A stretch of DNA of 62,905 nucleotides, filler included, from Craspedostauros australis (taxonomy: Eukaryota): NCBI GenBank assembly GCA_030167865.1. It is 8 parts of 8 records of this genome, joined end to end, with 100 filler letters (N's around TTAATTAATTAA, not from the genome) between each part and the next. Parts side by side here need not be neighbours in the genome. Positions count along the whole stretch, not along the records: positions 1 to 20,314 come from JALAGF010004488.1; 7 more parts are not named here. One strand, 5' to 3'. Below the pieces are notes generated by a model. That model worked only from the letters and a program-made list of their open reading frames with translations. It made no database searches and was not told the origin of the DNA. Below are positions 1 through 10,201 of the stretch, one piece after another. Position 1 is the first letter of the stretch, and each line of letters starts with the position of its first letter. The translations under genes were made by a program, and so were the position numbers.

Positions 1-3000
1 CTGAGAGCCAACATCGAGCTTCTCCATGGTGGTTGGTTGAAGTGGTTTGAAGATTACTTGGGCCACCGAAACAAAACACCGAAGCGAATCACGGCATGTT
101 CGTGGCTACCGCAGTATCATGATATGGGTCTGATCCAAATGGGCATTGCGCCATTGGCGGGTGCCTTTCGTCTCCACATGATATCACCGGTCTCGTTCAT
201 CCGCAACCCGTTGCTCTGGATTGACCTCATGTCGCAACACAAGTGCCACATCAGCGCCGCTCCCGACTTCGGTTATCGTCTTGTCGCGCGCAAGTTTAGC
301 GAGGCGATGAGCAAACAAAACGGGCAAGCTCATCCCATCCCCAACCTTGACCTCTCCAGCGTGTATCATCTGCAGAACGCGGCGGAACCAACGCGGCTTG
401 ACACGGAAAAACACTTCTCTGACTCATTCTGTTCGTATGGCCTGCGCAAGGACTGGTTCCTCGCAGGGTATGGACTAGCAGAGAACGTTGTTGGTGTCAG
501 CTACAATCACGGCTCTCATCTTTCCGCCATCCGCGAAGGTGAAGATCTTCAACCATTTATCGCCATCGCGCAACGCATCAATCTACACAGCTCCATCGAT
601 ATCATCATCGTGGACCCGGATACTCGTGTACAACGTCCAGACAACGTCACGGGAGAGATCTGGATCACTGGGGCCTCTGTGACCGCTGGGTACTACAATC
701 AGCCACAGCTCACCGCCGAAACGTTCCAAGCTACACTCCGGCGTGATTCATCATCTGATGCGGACGGCAAGATGTACTTGCGGACAGGAGACTACGGATT
801 CTACCAAGATGACTACCTCTACATCTGCGGACGTAAGAAGGATATCATCATCGTCAACGGTGTCAACTACTACCCGCAAGATATCGAGCACGCTGTTGAA
901 GAAGCCTCATCTGCCGTCCGCCCGGGCTGTGTCGCGGCATTCTCATCAGATGAATCAGGCAACGACGGACAACTCGAGATCGTCTTTGAGATCCGAGCCA
1001 ATCACGCAGACGATGCCGCAATAGTCTGTCAGGAGATCAGAAAGACCGTGATCGAGCAAATTGGATTGACACCTGTCACAATCGCAGCCGTCAAGGAACG
1101 CACCATCTCCAAAACAACAAGCGGCAAGATCCAGAGACGCCAAAATCGCCAGCGTCTTCGCGATGGAGACCAGAAAGCAATATTCAACTTCAGTGCAAAC
1201 CCAACTCCAACCTCCCAAGTTGCACTGGATGGCGATGCCAAGTCGTCCACCAAAACAATATCGACCAGAAACACCGACCAATTCGAAGACAGCAGAGACA
1301 AAGACTTTTGCGAGCTTGTGAAGAGCTGCATTGGAGCAGACGTCAAGGCCGAAGACACGTGGAAGGACATTGGGCTATCATCCATGATGGAGATCGAGCT
1401 GCGACAGTCCCTTGCTCAACGATACAACACGTCTCTCCCTTCCAACTGCTTCGAGCTGTTCCCGACAGTCGTAGACTTGGAAGTATTCCTGGAGGCATCT
1501 ACTGGGCAGGCGCTGCCAACCAGCCTTCCAAAACTCAAGAGACTTGTCACCTTTCCAGATGAGAAACCGCTTGCACCGCTCGCATCCGCCACCATTCAGT
1601 TCATCGGTGTGCTCGTCATCCTCTTCATGTTCGCACTTCCCATCGTGCCCGCCTACGAGATTGGGAAGGTGCTGATCAACGACGATCGCGCCTACGAGCT
1701 CTTCTTCATTGACCTCTCTCCGTACGTGTGGGTGTGGTATCCACTGGTCGTCCCGTTCTGGGCCATCACATTCACCATCGAAGTCGTTCTCGCAAAGTGG
1801 ATCGTCATTGGCAGATACAGAGAGGGGTACACCAGTCAGACCAACATTTACTTTCTTCGATGGTGGTTCGTGGATCGACTTCTGCACATCTGGGAGAGCT
1901 TCCTTGGACGCTTCATCATGGACACCCCATTGTTGGTGTTCTTCGATTACTTGATGGGAGCAAATGTGCATGCATCATCGAGCATCGATGAATTCATCCG
2001 TGAGTTCGACCTCGTGGATATCGGTCCTGATGCCACGGTGAGCGAGGGTATCCGGTGTCGCATGTTCGGTCCTTGCAAAGACGGCTGCCAAGGCCTCACC
2101 TTGAGATTTCGCAAGATCCAAGTTGGAGCAAGTGCAGATATCAAGGGCATTCTTTGTCCTGGAGTCAACGTTGGGTCCAACTGCCAAATCTCTCACACGT
2201 CTGTGCTAGTGGAAGGAGCACAAGCACCGCCCAACACTACCATCCGCGGCAATCCAGGCTTCATCCATTCCACACGCACGCATGGAGCCACAGACGCAGA
2301 CGCTGGCAGTAACAATGGCAGTCTGGAGATGACGACAAGCGAAACTCGCCCCAACACACAATCCACCGCAGGTAGTCGCAGATGGATCATATTGAGTGCG
2401 ATGAAAATGCTGTGGTTGCTGGTGGAACTTTACTTCACTTTCACCTGCTTTCTGGTGGTCGACATCCTGGTCCGGGATGAGTTGCCAGACTGGAGGTATG
2501 CGAGGCTGCTCTATTGGATTACTTCCATTGGTCTAACTTCCACATTCTTCATCGTTTCCAGCATCATGCTCAAGTGGGTGATGATCGGCAAAAAACGGCC
2601 AGGCCCTGCATGTCAGAGTGTACCATCGGAACTTGCCAGTTGGGCATGTGACTTCCACTACAGCCTCGGAGGCGCCGTGCTATATGGATTGACGTTTCAC
2701 TCATCGATTTGGAATGTCATCCTCTTGGCATTCGGGATGGACATTGATCTCCGATCGCATGTCGCAGCACATGCCTTCCTTCCATCCCAATTGGATCTCA
2801 TCACAGTCAAACGATCCTTCGTGTCCAAATCTACCTTCGACACCAAAGACCATGGCCAATACAAAGCCATCAAGGTTGAAGACAGCAGCATCGGGTTGAA
2901 CGTGGTCTGCGACCCAGGAGTGACAGTCAGAAAATCCTTGGTGTCTCCAGCCACGTACGTCACCACCAACCTGATCCACGATCAACACGACCAGAGAAAC

Positions 3001-3780
3001 GAACCTGTCACAGGTTGGGAGTTGATACGAATCACCCTCCTGAACACGATCCTGCACATCATCATGCTAGTCATGGTCGCTGCCAGCTTCATTCCAGCAT
3101 TCGAGCTGTGGATGAATGTCATCAAGCCACAGACGCCGTTGGGTGCGGTGCCGGTCGTTGTAGCGTGCGTCATCATCCAGACCGTCGTTTGGCTCATCCT
3201 GTTGCGAGCAGTTGAGCTAGTCACGCTCGCGGGAAATGGGAGCCGCATCGAACCATGGTGCGTCCCATTGTACATGGTCTACCAATCCTTGTGCTACTCG
3301 GTCCAAGTCTGGTCCTTCGTGTCGCTTTTGTGGGGCACACCAATGATGAATNCAGTGCTCCGACTGCAGGGTGCAGATGTACAGGGAAGATTGCTGTACT
3401 TTGGNTTNCGNNTNTACGAANCTTCTCTGATGNTATTTGGTGATGGGGCTGTGGTGGACGAATCNNGCATCTCTGGCCATTACGGCATATTCTCAACGAT
3501 CACTCTGGGAAAATGCTACATCGATGGCATCATGCATCAAAGATGCTTTACATTGACTCGGAGCGTGCCAACAACCCAAACTGCATGTCCAACCACGATT
3601 GAGCACGGCCCAGGTAAGATGGTCTGCGATTTCGGATCATCATGCTTGAGGCAGCCGCAGGAGCCGTCGCAGCGATCAATCAGTGATGGATCATGTGAAG
3701 AACTGTCGGCAAAAGCGGAGCAAGGAGGGCTAGGTTATCCTGCGACCACGGTGAGCGATGCGCAAGCAGCTTGTGTCTGA
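1..3780 (+). CDS. NRPS-like membrane synthetase: fatty acyl-AMP ligase (FAAL) A domain + ACP/PCP + Pls/PosA-type C-terminal region (TM pairs alternating with left-handed beta-helix-like repeats); 5' end lies upstream of the window
   Basis: Frame is open from base 1 (LRANIELLHGGW). FAAL/A motifs SWLPQYHDMGLI, GYGLAEN, YLRTGD, GRKKDIIIVNGVNYYPQDIE, KTTSGKIQR. Carrier Ser motif DIGLSSM near 1370. Pls-like motifs KWIVIGRYREG, RWWFVDRL, EFDLVDIG, KWVMIGKKRPG with three hydrophobic blocks. Confidence 0.85.
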   Translation: MRANIELLHGGWLKWFEDYLGHRNKTPKRITACSWLPQYHDMGLIQMGIAPLAGAFRLHMISPVSFIRNPLLWIDLMSQHKCHISAAPDFGYRLVARKFSEAMSKQNGQAHPIPNLDLSSVYHLQNAAEPTRLDTEKHFSDSFCSYGLRKDWFLAGYGLAENVVGVSYNHGSHLSAIREGEDLQPFIAIAQRINLHSSIDIIIVDPDTRVQRPDNVTGEIWITGASVTAGYYNQPQLTAETFQATLRRDSSSDADGKMYLRTGDYGFYQDDYLYICGRKKDIIIVNGVNYYPQDIEHAVEEASSAVRPGCVAAFSSDESGNDGQLEIVFEIRANHADDAAIVCQEIRKTVIEQIGLTPVTIAAVKERTISKTTSGKIQRRQNRQRLRDGDQKAIFNFSANPTPTSQVALDGDAKSSTKTISTRNTDQFEDSRDKDFCELVKSCIGADVKAEDTWKDIGLSSMMEIELRQSLAQRYNTSLPSNCFELFPTVVDLEVFLEASTGQALPTSLPKLKRLVTFPDEKPLAPLASATIQFIGVLVILFMFALPIVPAYEIGKVLINDDRAYELFFIDLSPYVWVWYPLVVPFWAITFTIEVVLAKWIVIGRYREGYTSQTNIYFLRWWFVDRLLHIWESFLGRFIMDTPLLVFFDYLMGANVHASSSIDEFIREFDLVDIGPDATVSEGIRCRMFGPCKDGCQGLTLRFRKIQVGASADIKGILCPGVNVGSNCQISHTSVLVEGAQAPPNTTIRGNPGFIHSTRTHGATDADAGSNNGSLEMTTSETRPNTQSTAGSRRWIILSAMKMLWLLVELYFTFTCFLVVDILVRDELPDWRYARLLYWITSIGLTSTFFIVSSIMLKWVMIGKKRPGPACQSVPSELASWACDFHYSLGGAVLYGLTFHSSIWNVILLAFGMDIDLRSHVAAHAFLPSQLDLITVKRSFVSKSTFDTKDHGQYKAIKVEDSSIGLNVVCDPGVTVRKSLVSPATYVTTNLIHDQHDQRNEPVTGWELIRITLLNTILHIIMLVMVAASFIPAFELWMNVIKPQTPLGAVPVVVACVIIQTVVWLILLRAVELVTLAGNGSRIEPWCVPLYMVYQSLCYSVQVWSFVSLLWGTPMMNXVLRLQGADVQGRLLYFXXXXYEXSLMXFGDGAVVDEXXISGHYGIFSTITLGKCYIDGIMHQRCFTLTRSVPTTQTACPTTIEHGPGKMVCDFGSSCLRQPQEPSQRSISDGSCEELSAKAEQGGLGYPATTVSDAQAACV

Positions 3781-4041
3781 TTGCTCAATCAGAATCACAA
3801 TGAGGTAAACAACTCAAAGCGTTGTACTTTCTCTAGATCGTATGGTTGCTGCAACTATTTGTATCAGACATGATTCTACGAATCCGTTCTTTGGGGCACA
3901 CCGTTGATGAGCGTTTCGCAGCGGTTCTTCGTTCTCTCCGCCGCCGATGCTGCTGTACTCTCGAGTATCGCATTGCTACCAGTGCGTTCGTCAGCCATGG
4001 TTGCATTCTTTGCGGAGGGCGGAAAAGTGATGACAGCTGTG

Positions 4042-4858
4042 TGTCGAGATGTACATGTGAGTATATGTCGAGATGTACGCGTATATGTGCATCGCTCACC
4101 CACTATTCTCTCATACGCACTTGGACGGTACAACTGCACTCGTGTCAATAGCATTCTGTGGTTTGTCAGAATTACAGCGGAAATGGAACACACAAAAGTG
4201 AACAGAATTTCTGGAGGAAATTTGCAAACACCAATTTCTGAAGGTATCAGAAATATCGTCCATCCATCCATCCATCCATCCATCAATGAAAGCATACAAC
4301 ACCGAGCAAAGCTCAATGTACCTCCCAACTAAACCCCAGATGACAATATCATCTGAGAGACCACTGCATCACCAATGGAATGTGACATCTGGAGGAACGT
4401 GGAACATGACAGCTGACATCATCAGGATGTCATCGTGTCACCACGTCAACATCTGTCTCTATGTCAGAAGCAGAAGGTGAAGATCCAAGGATCAAAGAGC
4501 ATCAAGATCATGGATACACAAGAGGGAGTTCAAGTGGCAAGCACTTGTGGAGTAGCAAGCCAGTAATGAATGAACGGAGAGTCGAATGTGGAGTATGCAT
4601 TGAACATGGAGTGTTGCGTAGCATGAGCACGCAATACTGAGAGAGAGAGAATACGAATAGCAGCAAGAGAGCATCTTGCACACTGACTCATAGTTGGGAG
4701 ATCAATCTACAAAACAGAAAGACGCACTGAGAGCATCGGGCAAGAGAATGGACACCAAGAGGATCGGAGTCTCAACGTAATGAAATAGCAACAGAACGAC
4801 TATCAACCAACACCATCTTCTGCGATCGTACAGTAACCATTCACGGAACTTGCCAACA
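4042..4858 (+). mobile_element. LTR family A (TG..CA, about 815 bp), apparently solo
   Basis: Starts TGTCGAGATG and ends GGAACTTGCCAACA; colinear with 49708-50518 (5' LTR of a gag-pol) and 58485-59281 (minus). No matching TSD. Confidence 0.85.
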
Positions 4859-5171
4859 CTTGTCCGTCGATACATGTCAACTCGTTGGGACTTATTGACA
4901 GTATTGCACATAGTCTTGGCTCATGTGCGAATACATCCCTAGTGGTCGAATCATAGGTTCGCCCTCATTTCAGTGATGGTGCTTGGATAGACTCTATGGC
5001 GGGACATGACTGCGTTTGGTGTCAGTCACTGAAGGAGGAGTGGAGGAGGGACAAGCTACAAGGTGGTCCGAGTGTGATCAACAATGCTGATTCCATTGAG
5101 TTGTGAAGATGTTATTGGGAGGTGCGCCAATCATGGGTACCTTGGTAAAAGCATACCCCTGATTCCTGACA

Positions 5172-5190
5172 TGAGCGGAACTTGCCAACA
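5172..5190 (+). repeat. Short remnant of the LTR-A 3' end
   Basis: TGAGCGGAACTTGCCAACA matches the end of the LTR-A copy at 58485; copia RT sequence begins right after it. Confidence 0.6.
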
Positions 5191-7219
5191 GGCAATGATA
5201 CTTTGGGACCTGTCAGGGATTCTGATTGATTTCAAGACTGCCTTCTTGCATGGCAATCTTGAAGAAGAAATCTACATGGAGGTTCCAGAAGGAGTGGAAG
5301 GGGCAATGACGAGTTTTTGCTACTGATGAAAACAATCTACGGACTCGTGCAAAGCGCACGACAATGGTACAAGAAACTCATCAGCATACTCATTGGACTG
5401 GGTTTCAGACAAAGCCGAACTGACCCTTGTCTCCTCATCCAACAAAGAGAAGGCAAGATTGTGATGTTCACAACATACGTGGACGACTGCCTGTGCATCG
5501 ACCATAAGGATGAACTCCTGAGACTTGTGGAAGAGATCAAGGAAAGTGGCTTCAACATCAAGGTGGAGATGGATATGACGGATTACTTGTCCTGCAATAT
5601 CATCATGAACCGAGACCGCTTTGGATGTGGATTGGACATCCCCATGTCATGGCAAATATGAGGAAGCACTTTGGACCTTGGGTTGCAGGATTGCAGAAGT
5701 ACAAGACTCCTGGTACGCCACACCAAGGGATACTGCGACCAAAGGAAGAGGATGCCAAGGTAGACAAGGAGAGACATTAGATGTATTGAAGCGGAGCTGG
5801 CATGCTTCTGTACCTGATCAAGCACTCTAGACCCAATATTTCCAACACGGTGAGAGACCTATCAAAGGTGCTGGATGGACCCACAGATGCAGCGAACAAA
5901 GAGATGCTGCGATTGATCAAGTTTGTGTCGGACACAGACGGTTGTGGATTGAGGATGCAACCAACCAGAGGAGGTGACTGATTCCGATGGAACTTGCGAA
6001 TGTACACCGACAGCGAGTTAGCGGGCGACAAAGATGTCAGGATCAGTGCTGGAGGATTCATCCTCCTCGTCATGGGAGCACCAATCCTATGGAGGTCAAG
6101 AGCGCAACGAAGCGTCACGCTCAGCTCATCAGAAGCCGAGTATGTGGCTCTTTCAGAGGCGGCGAAGGAGATCATGATAGTTGATGGTTATCTAAAGAAC
6201 AGACTACCTTCCACTTAGTGTGTCCCTTGTTGCACCATGAAATTGTTTTGGCGCGTCAATTTTGGCATGAAACCTTCCGCCTACAAATACGGAAAATCCT
6301 CCTTCTCCTTTCCTCCCGCTCTCACTCACGAATCACTGCTGATTCAACCCACCTGACTCGCTGGACACAAACTACTCCGGGAACTATATGCTCCCCTGAA
6401 TCAGCGTGTTACAGCCCATCTCGATTCCATTGTCAGCTCTAATGACTACCAGCTCCACACAACAATAACAAGGAGATCCACCCTGTCTCAACATGAGCAG
6501 GGAATCCAACAGCAACTCCTATTGCCTGACAACCTATGTTCTCAATTGCAACCTCAACCAAGGTGTCAGGGTTTTGTACTCGAGCGTAGAACAGCTACCA
6601 CAGATAGGAGAGAGAGAGGAGGGAGCTTTGTCCGTTCTCAGCACTGAACCTCTGAAGGTCAGTGCAGAGCCGCACTATCCAACTGAACATCGTTTCTTCA
6701 TCCTACATCTTAAACTGATCAACTCACAATGCAGACTCTTCAAAATAACAATAGCACAACTCAAGATCAGCACAACAGCACTAATCTACTCATTGTCACC
6801 TACAACTACCTTCCCAGACGGTCATCCCTTGCCAACTGCATCATCAGCTTCATCGAAACTGGCAGTCGGCTAGGCCTCCCCTTCCGGATCGTGTCTCAAC
6901 ACTACACGAAAATCCAACTATGTTCATAAAGTACCTTCCAGCAGACATGGGAGTGGTTGTGGTGACACCAATTCAGGTGATGGTGGATGACGTGGGAACC
7001 ATCTACATGACCAACAACCCGTCAACCTCCAGTCGAACAAGGCATGTGGACACGAGATACCACTACATGCGCCAATTCGTGGTGGATGGACTGATGGAGT
7101 TTGTGTTCGTGCGATCAGAGGAAAACCTGGTGGATGGATTCACCGAGAACACAATGAGAGAGACATACAAGAGACACACGGCTGAATACATGTGGCAGAA
7201 GAGAGAGATTGATGATTGA
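5191..7219 (+). pseudogene. Degenerate Ty1/copia RT-RNase H (element B), split by a solo LTR
   Basis: IDFKTAFLHGNLEEEIYM, IYGLVQSARQW, DPCL, YVDD, YTDSELAGD, SSSEAEYVAL, then RTRHVDTRYHY and SEENLVDGFT; frameshifts and stops. Confidence 0.92.
6179..6919 (+). mobile_element. Solo LTR family C with AGTTG..CAACT termini, inserted in RNase H
   Basis: Flanked by ATGAT (6174-6178) and ATGTT (6920-6924); excision restores EIM-FIK. Shares GAACAGACTA, TTGTTTTGGCGCG, GGGAACTATATGCTCC and CATCGTTTCTTCA with 23441-24123. Confidence 0.85.
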
Positions 7220-7250
7220 ATCATTGCAATGCTTCATCGGCTTGGAAGGG

Positions 7251-7532
7251 CGTCAGGAATCGCAGATACTATGAAACCTTATGAAGACCAGCAGAATGTC
7301 AGTGGCACACCAGGCGAAGAGAAATGTACAAGTCGAACAATGAATGTACAGCATGAATACAAAATGGAAATGGGAAATTGTGTGACAAGATGGAAATCTT
7401 GGTCTCATAATCTGTCATCGAGAACAGCAACAACAACAAGAACAACAAGAACAACAAGAACAACAACATGAAATAAAGCACACTTTGTGCGAAACGAGGA
7501 CTCTCAATTTACGCCAAGTGGGTTTCTTAACA
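7251..7532 (+). mobile_element. 3' LTR of copia element B (LTR family B, about 280 bp)
   Basis: Follows the RNase H stop and purine tract GGAAGGG; (C/T)GTCAGGAAT..TTTCTTAACA; homologous to the reverse complement of 11371-11646. Confidence 0.85.
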
Positions 7533-7651
7533 CATGAAGGCCCAATGAAGAGGGCGAGTTTGCCATCATCCGTCAGGTGGCTGGCCCAAACCCTTCAAGA
7601 CCTGGAGTTGGCGTGGAGCCGGAGGAAGAATGCACTTGTGCTGCTGTTCCC

Positions 7652-10201
7652 TCAAGTCGGTTTGGTGCAGGTGTCTGGGCAAGAGCTGCCGGAGGCAATG
7701 GTCAAGACGGTATCGAGAGGCGCGCAGGTGGAAGCCGACGTTATGTCGGATTTGCATCGGTTGCAGTTGGTGCTGATCCCGACGGGGGTATCGTTGCACA
7801 CGCTGTTGCCGAGGATGATGTCCGCGTTAAAGTAGCGGCCGCTGCCCATGCGAAAGCAGGAGGCATCCGGCACGCATGTACCATCACCGATAAGTATGTC
7901 TCCCTCGAACTGGTTGTAGAACGTTGAAGTGACGTACTGAGCGTTCATGTTCGTGCACGAGTTGGCGTTGACACAGGACCCGGTTCCCACGATAGTGTTG
8001 GATACACGCTTGTTGTCGGTGGTGCCGTTGCCCCGTTTGGGGAATATGGTTGCGTAGTCTGCTGGTCCAGAACCCATGCCATAGCAGGCTTGTATTGCAG
8101 CGCATGATCCTGCGCCAATAATGGCGTCGCCGTTGGACTGTTGCGCGAATCTGTGGCATGCTTCTTGTCCAATGCACGATCCTGGGCCAATGATGGAGGC
8201 CTTGTCACTTCCAGAGTTGAAGTTGAAGAGGGGGCATGAAGAAGTGCCAGAGTGGCAGGATCCCTGGAAGATCATGGACTGAGTCTCGATGAAGATGCAT
8301 GCCGTCCTCCCAATGCAACTGTTGGATGCGATAGATGCGATGCCAGCCCAGGAGCAGGCTTTGTCTCCGTGGCAGCATGTGCGTCCTTCCTCCCCACACC
8401 AATCAATAGCATCAGCTACGGTTCCCGTGAACATCTCACCGGTGGCAGCGGCGGCCGCGCTGAAGATATCGAGGACACCGGTCTTTCCGCTGATGGTATT
8501 GAAGAGAGCGACGCCGTCAGCAATGGTTGCCTGGTTTTCGAAGATCCCGAGGAGATCAGCTTCGTTTTGGATAATGAAGAGAAGTTCTGCTCCCACGGCT
8601 GTGCCTGGTGTTCCGAGAGCAGACAGGAATGCCGATGTCGGTGCCGAAGTTGGCGCACTCGTTGGTGCGCTGGTCGGCACAGATGTCGGCGAAGCAGTTG
8701 GAGCAGTGGGGGCTGATGTGGGAGGTGATGTGACAGGTGTTGGGAAAGGGGTGGGGGAAAAGGTTGGAGAGTCTGTGGGCAAGGTGTCCTTGCCAATGCA
8801 ATACTCATCCACCTTGTCACCAGTGGGATTATTGTTGGTGTCATTGCCTCCTTTTGGACAGGCCCCATCGACATCACTCATGATGTAGACTTCGTCGGAG
8901 CTGCACTCCGTCTTCGTCATGCATCCTCTGCAGCCTTCGAAACTTCCGCATCCACCAGGAGGAATGATGATGTCTGTCTTCATCAGGTCATTGAATCCCA
9001 TCTTCTCACATGATCCATCGGCGGCACAGCCACCAGCACCAATGGTTAGGCTGCCTGTATGCTTGCCATCAGTATCATAGTTGACAGTGGAATGGGCATC
9101 CTTGCAGGCATTGCTGCCAACGCACGCATTCTCACCAATGTCAATGTGGCTGCGGATGCGGATGGGGGTCTTCTGCACGACGCGGCGTCCAGCTGCGTTG
9201 CATGCGTCTGACCCAACGCATGCACCGGTCTGGATGGTGACATCACCATGAGAACGACGCCCCACTCCCTCACAAGAATGAGGGGTGGTGCATGCCATCT
9301 CACTGACGAAGGTGACTCCTGTGATGGACGGGTTGATTTCATTTTCGTTCATCAACTCGCACGCACTTGTGCCAGTGCAGGAGGAATCGAGAATGAGGGG
9401 ATTGGGGCCCATATCCTTGCATGCGCTGTCGCCAGTGCATGCCGTGATCGCGATGGTCATGAATGGAGGAGAGTTGGAGGCGGAACCGGTGACTGAGGTG
9501 CATCCCGAGGATCCTTGGCAGCATGGGGCTGCGACAGCAGGCGATTGCATCGCAGCGATGTCCGCGCATGCTGCCTTCATCACGTCTGGTCGTTCGGTGA
9601 TGAGGAGCTGTTTGGTGGCAGCGACCAGGGCCAATTGGCCAGCAAGCACGTCATGCGACGCGTACTTGTTGAAGAGCTTGCGTGCGGCTCCTTCACCGAG
9701 GTCTCCAGCGCAGGCGAAGAAGTTCTGCAGCTCCGCGGACTCCTTGACAGCGGACACTGCCTCACGGCAGGATGATTTGTTCGCATCGCAAATGATGGTC
9801 TTGGGGCTTGCCTCTTGTGGTGTGAGGGTGGTGGTGCCATCCGGCTGGCAAATGATCTGGATGGTGGAATCGAAGACGGTTGAAGCAGCTGATGGTTTGG
9901 ATGTTGGCAGGCGGGTGGACTGGGAGGTCTGTGACGCAGTCGGCGACCCAGTAGGCAATGCGGTTGGCGCTGTTGTTTTCGCACCAGCCGGGTTCTCAGT
10001 GGGTGGCACTCGGTTGTTCTTGTTGCCCTTGTTGGTGTTTGCGTCACCGTCGGCGTCCTTAAGGATGCGGGTCTTCGTCATCATCATGTGGAGTTCCTTA
10101 GTTGGATCCACGGGAGTTCTGTTGCCACGGAGGACAGCATGGGCTGTTGCCGTGTTGGTGACAGCGATGAAAGCCGCGAAAGCTGCCTTGGTGCAGAGCA
10201 T
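7652..10201 (-). CDS. Secreted cysteine-repeat protein with Pro/Thr-rich mucin-like linkers (about 849 aa)
   Basis: Signal peptide MLCTKAAFAAFIAVTNTATAHA, then LRG and RIL (RXL-like) motifs; many IxxxxCxGxxAC repeats in two arrays; PTSAPTSAPT tracts. Confidence 0.85.
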   Translation of the reverse strand: MLCTKAAFAAFIAVTNTATAHAVLRGNRTPVDPTKELHMMMTKTRILKDADGDANTNKGNKNNRVPPTENPAGAKTTAPTALPTGSPTASQTSQSTRLPTSKPSAASTVFDSTIQIICQPDGTTTLTPQEASPKTIICDANKSSCREAVSAVKESAELQNFFACAGDLGEGAARKLFNKYASHDVLAGQLALVAATKQLLITERPDVMKAACADIAAMQSPAVAAPCCQGSSGCTSVTGSASNSPPFMTIAITACTGDSACKDMGPNPLILDSSCTGTSACELMNENEINPSITGVTFVSEMACTTPHSCEGVGRRSHGDVTIQTGACVGSDACNAAGRRVVQKTPIRIRSHIDIGENACVGSNACKDAHSTVNYDTDGKHTGSLTIGAGGCAADGSCEKMGFNDLMKTDIIIPPGGCGSFEGCRGCMTKTECSSDEVYIMSDVDGACPKGGNDTNNNPTGDKVDEYCIGKDTLPTDSPTFSPTPFPTPVTSPPTSAPTAPTASPTSVPTSAPTSAPTSAPTSAFLSALGTPGTAVGAELLFIIQNEADLLGIFENQATIADGVALFNTISGKTGVLDIFSAAAAATGEMFTGTVADAIDWCGEEGRTCCHGDKACSWAGIASIASNSCIGRTACIFIETQSMIFQGSCHSGTSSCPLFNFNSGSDKASIIGPGSCIGQEACHRFAQQSNGDAIIGAGSCAAIQACYGMGSGPADYATIFPKRGNGTTDNKRVSNTIVGTGSCVNANSCTNMNAQYVTSTFYNQFEGDILIGDGTCVPDASCFRMGSGRYFNADIILGNSVCNDTPVGISTNCNRCKSDITSASTCAPLDTVLTIASGSSCPDTCTKPT

